Positions 30,852 through 33,396 of a DNA stretch of 33,396 bases are shown here, one piece after another. Origin of the DNA: an uncultured virus (IMG/VR IMGVR_UViG_3300020180_000001) (Duplodnaviria > Heunggongvirae > Uroviricota > Caudoviricetes); IMG/VR virus record IMGVR_UViG_3300020180_000001, one strand, 5' to 3'. How positions within the stretch are numbered: the stretch's first letter is position 1; every line of letters begins with the position of its first letter. Position numbers and translations under genes: made by a program. The notes under the pieces were generated by a model. It was not told the origin of the DNA. It saw only the letters and a list, made by a program, of their open reading frames with translations, and did no database searches.

Positions 30852-33394
30852 CTTATTTTACTTGAAGTGTTTAGTGATATCATATCAGTCACTAATTGAA
30901 TATTATTTATTGGGTTGTAATAGAGCCGTACTCCGGTATACAGATCTGAAAGTCTTTCTAACTCAAAAAGAGATTTAGTCAGATTAATTCTAAGTGGATT
31001 TAGAACCTTGTCCACAGAAGGTTCGGTACTGTTAATCCAGATAGGAGTAATGTAGTCTTTGGAGTAATCTCTTATATTTGATATTCGATATAGATTATCT
31101 ACCTTAACTACTTCTACATTAGTATAGGAAGAGTCCCAATCTAACGGAGTTTTTGGACCTAAAGAAGCCAGAGGAGTTACCTGATGAGAGTTATATATAA
31201 TCCATCGATCAAACGTAGAGTCTACTTCCAACTTGTTTTCATAGGCTTTACCACTTAGCATCAGGTAATTCATTTTCTCATTAGAAGTATTCGGAGATAC
31301 TATATCCAATATATGGTCATACTTCTTATTAAAAAAGAATTGGTATTTCCCTCGGGATGATAAGAATACTGCTGAGTTAAAAGCCATAAAATGATCCTGC
31401 CTCGAAGAGTATTGATAAAGAGGGATATAAGAATGAAATGAGATCCAGGCGTTTGTTAGAAAAGAGTATGAAATAGTAAAAGACTTATCTTGGAAATAAA
31501 GAGGATTATATGGAGATACTATTACTCCGTTTACTAAGAAGTTAGTACCATTGTAAGTAACCGCATTAGAATCGCGAGGGATAAAGTCCCGTTTAGTGAG
31601 GATTAATCTTTTGTATCTTGGATCGTAAGAAGTCATAAACCCTGCACCATTAGCCCCTACAAACTGGACAGACTTGTAAGTTGGGAAATACTTTAGACAT
31701 TCTAACTTACCGTTATTTTGAAAGAAATTACGAAGATGGCTTTTAGAAAGGTCATTTAAAGCATTGGATATTAGGAATAAACGACTACTTACATCATCCA
31801 TATAAACAGTGCCAAATTCAGTTTCACATAAAGAAGTGGGAGAAGTAGCACCTGAGAAAGATATAGAAGTAGGATTATACCTATAAGGCTGTCCTATAAC
31901 ATTTGCCCGTCCTAAGTATATTATTGAATCTGTAGACAAAAGGGTCTCCTGACGAGTAGGTAATTTCCATAAGGAGTTAGGAGTGAGAGCATGAAGATCA
32001 TTAGCGTTAACAAACAAGCGTGTTACATATTCATCAAGAGATACATAATTATTAGGTCTTATAACAAATAAACTATTGACAGAGTCTTCCCGGTTATTAA
32101 GTTCGGAGTAGTATACCCTGAATGCTTTGGTAGGATCACAGGTATCACAGTAATCAAAGTTATATGCTAATGGATAGAGAAACCCTAATCGGTTGATGAA
32201 AGAGTAACTCTTGTTATAGTCATAATACTCTGTGTACATAGAGTAATCTGTGCTGTTTAAAGCATACATTTTGTTTTGTAAATAGGAGGTAAAACTACTA
32301 AGATCATACGAGTAGTTATTGTTAAACACGCTATACTTTGGCTCAGCGCCTTTACTCCGTAGTGGATACCTGTTTATCATGTCAGGAATTTTGTACGATA
32401 TAGTATACCCATTTATCTTAAAAGGTGACGAACTGAAATCAAATGAGTAATCAGTAATATTTACTAAGGAGATAAACACATCCCCACCATAGTAATTAAA
32501 TAAGTCTGAGGCAGACGAACTTCTATCCACACAAGTATTAAGATTATAATAAGACAGGTTAGACAGATTAGAATACACTACACGGTCTAATTTCTTAGAG
32601 ACTATAGGAAAGGTATCCAGAGTAGTATCCACGGTAAAGTCGCTTAGTATTGAACTTAACCGTAAAAGATTGTAAGTAGTATTAACAGATTTGTTTTCAA
32701 ATGTAGACCCATTTAAAGTGACGGTTGATACATTCTGACTACCCAAATTAGATTTAGGGAGTATCAAACTTGTTACAATATTATAATTAGTAGTTCCTAC
32801 ATTAAGTAAAGATGTTTTTTGATCCATCTTCAACATTCTAAGTTGGTAATCTACAGTAATACCTGCGTTTGTGCGTGAAGGGTTTGAAGCAGCGGGTGCT
32901 AAGTCTTTTACAAAGTAATCTAAATGGATATAGTCACCATCGATATATTTATCCTCGAGTAACATAGCCGAAGATAAGAATAAGAAATTAGGCTGTGAAA
33001 ACGCGACAGGATACCCCCGTGGAGTAATATTAATCGCTGTAATCTCAGTGAGAGAAGGAATTAATAATCCGCGATCTACTATGGTTCTATTACCATCTGA
33101 GTCCGCAATACATATATGATGTCCTACTACATCAGGAGGGTAAGTTATATTAGTAGCAGATATGCCTAACGGATTTAAATTAACCAATTGTAAATCAGGT
33201 AATCTATGATGCCTTATGGGGGTATTTTGAAGGAGAGTATTATCGATGTCTCTGCCCCAAAAACCATCAGGATTTCCTAAGCAGTCCGGAATAACAGGAT
33301 AGGTCGTATTCGTTTCATAATACCCCATTACACCAGTATCAGTAGCCGTAGAGATCTGTCTCCACCTCTCGCTACCCCCTGAGAATAACCGTCC
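30848..33394 (-). CDS. Tail stabilisation/muzzle-type protein of crAss-like phages (P22 gp10-like), 5'-truncated by the window
   Basis: The frame stays open to the window edge (...ERWRQISTATDTGVMGYYE). Motifs YP...FWG...PIRHHRLPD, YGGDVFIS, YDPRYKRLILTKRD and SFTISYSFLTNAWISFHSYIP. Confidence 0.8.
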   Translation of the reverse strand, partial: GRLFSGGSERWRQISTATDTGVMGYYETNTTYPVIPDCLGNPDGFWGRDIDNTLLQNTPIRHHRLPDLQLVNLNPLGISATNITYPPDVVGHHICIADSDGNRTIVDRGLLIPSLTEITAINITPRGYPVAFSQPNFLFLSSAMLLEDKYIDGDYIHLDYFVKDLAPAASNPSRTNAGITVDYQLRMLKMDQKTSLLNVGTTNYNIVTSLILPKSNLGSQNVSTVTLNGSTFENKSVNTTYNLLRLSSILSDFTVDTTLDTFPIVSKKLDRVVYSNLSNLSYYNLNTCVDRSSSASDLFNYYGGDVFISLVNITDYSFDFSSSPFKINGYTISYKIPDMINRYPLRSKGAEPKYSVFNNNYSYDLSSFTSYLQNKMYALNSTDYSMYTEYYDYNKSYSFINRLGFLYPLAYNFDYCDTCDPTKAFRVYYSELNNREDSVNSLFVIRPNNYVSLDEYVTRLFVNANDLHALTPNSLWKLPTRQETLLSTDSIIYLGRANVIGQPYRYNPTSISFSGATSPTSLCETEFGTVYMDDVSSRLFLISNALNDLSKSHLRNFFQNNGKLECLKYFPTYKSVQFVGANGAGFMTSYDPRYKRLILTKRDFIPRDSNAVTYNGTNFLVNGVIVSPYNPLYFQDKSFTISYSFLTNAWISFHSYIPLYQYSSRQDHFMAFNSAVFLSSRGKYQFFFNKKYDHILDIVSPNTSNEKMNYLMLSGKAYENKLEVDSTFDRWIIYNSHQVTPLASLGPKTPLDWDSSYTNVEVVKVDNLYRISNIRDYSKDYITPIWINSTEPSVDKVLNPLRINLTKSLFELERLSDLYTGVRLYYNPINNIQLVTDMISLNTSSKIR

Positions 33395-33396
33395 TA

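Noticed and set aside
1..33396. Stop-codon reassignment (TAG or TGA), known in some crAss-like phages
   Set aside because: Very long ORFs are intact under the standard code, and TAG (4438, 6343, 6904, 6985) and TGA (5845, 30848) end genes at overlaps or terminators
1..33396. tRNA/rRNA genes, integrase, transposase or reverse transcriptase (DGR/retron)
   Set aside because: No intergenic gap shows a cloverleaf, and none of these motifs are visible in the translations

Overview
This window is a fragment of a crAss-like (Crassvirales-type) podophage genome in the standard genetic code, probably infecting a Bacteroidota host. It has two convergent blocks. The + strand (1-6904) carries replication/recombination and small accessory genes: a crAss-type TOPRIM primase, an apparently inactive uracil-DNA glycosylase homologue, a degenerate ATP-grasp-like protein, two PD-(D/E)xK nucleases, a Macro-like protein and several small membrane-anchored proteins, separated by intergenic hairpins. 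The - strand (6985 to the right edge) is a tightly coupled virion operon: a tail stabilisation-type protein (5'-truncated), two putative cargo proteins (480 and 697 aa), a 5303-aa protein and a 1475-aa protein. The 5303-aa protein combines hydrophobic N-terminal helices, a superfamily-1 helicase, a repeat linker, a HEXXH zincin and a two-barrel RNA polymerase (NDFDVD). The 1475-aa protein combines a zincin, a PD-(D/E)xK nuclease and transmembrane helices. The most striking observation is that, by my reading, the four cargo proteins (7955 aa) hold only two cysteines: the last residue of the giant protein and residue 3 of the next protein, which suggests an intermolecular tether. Also notable are three intergenic hairpins sharing TAATAG. 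All family assignments come from motif recognition by eye; no searches were run.
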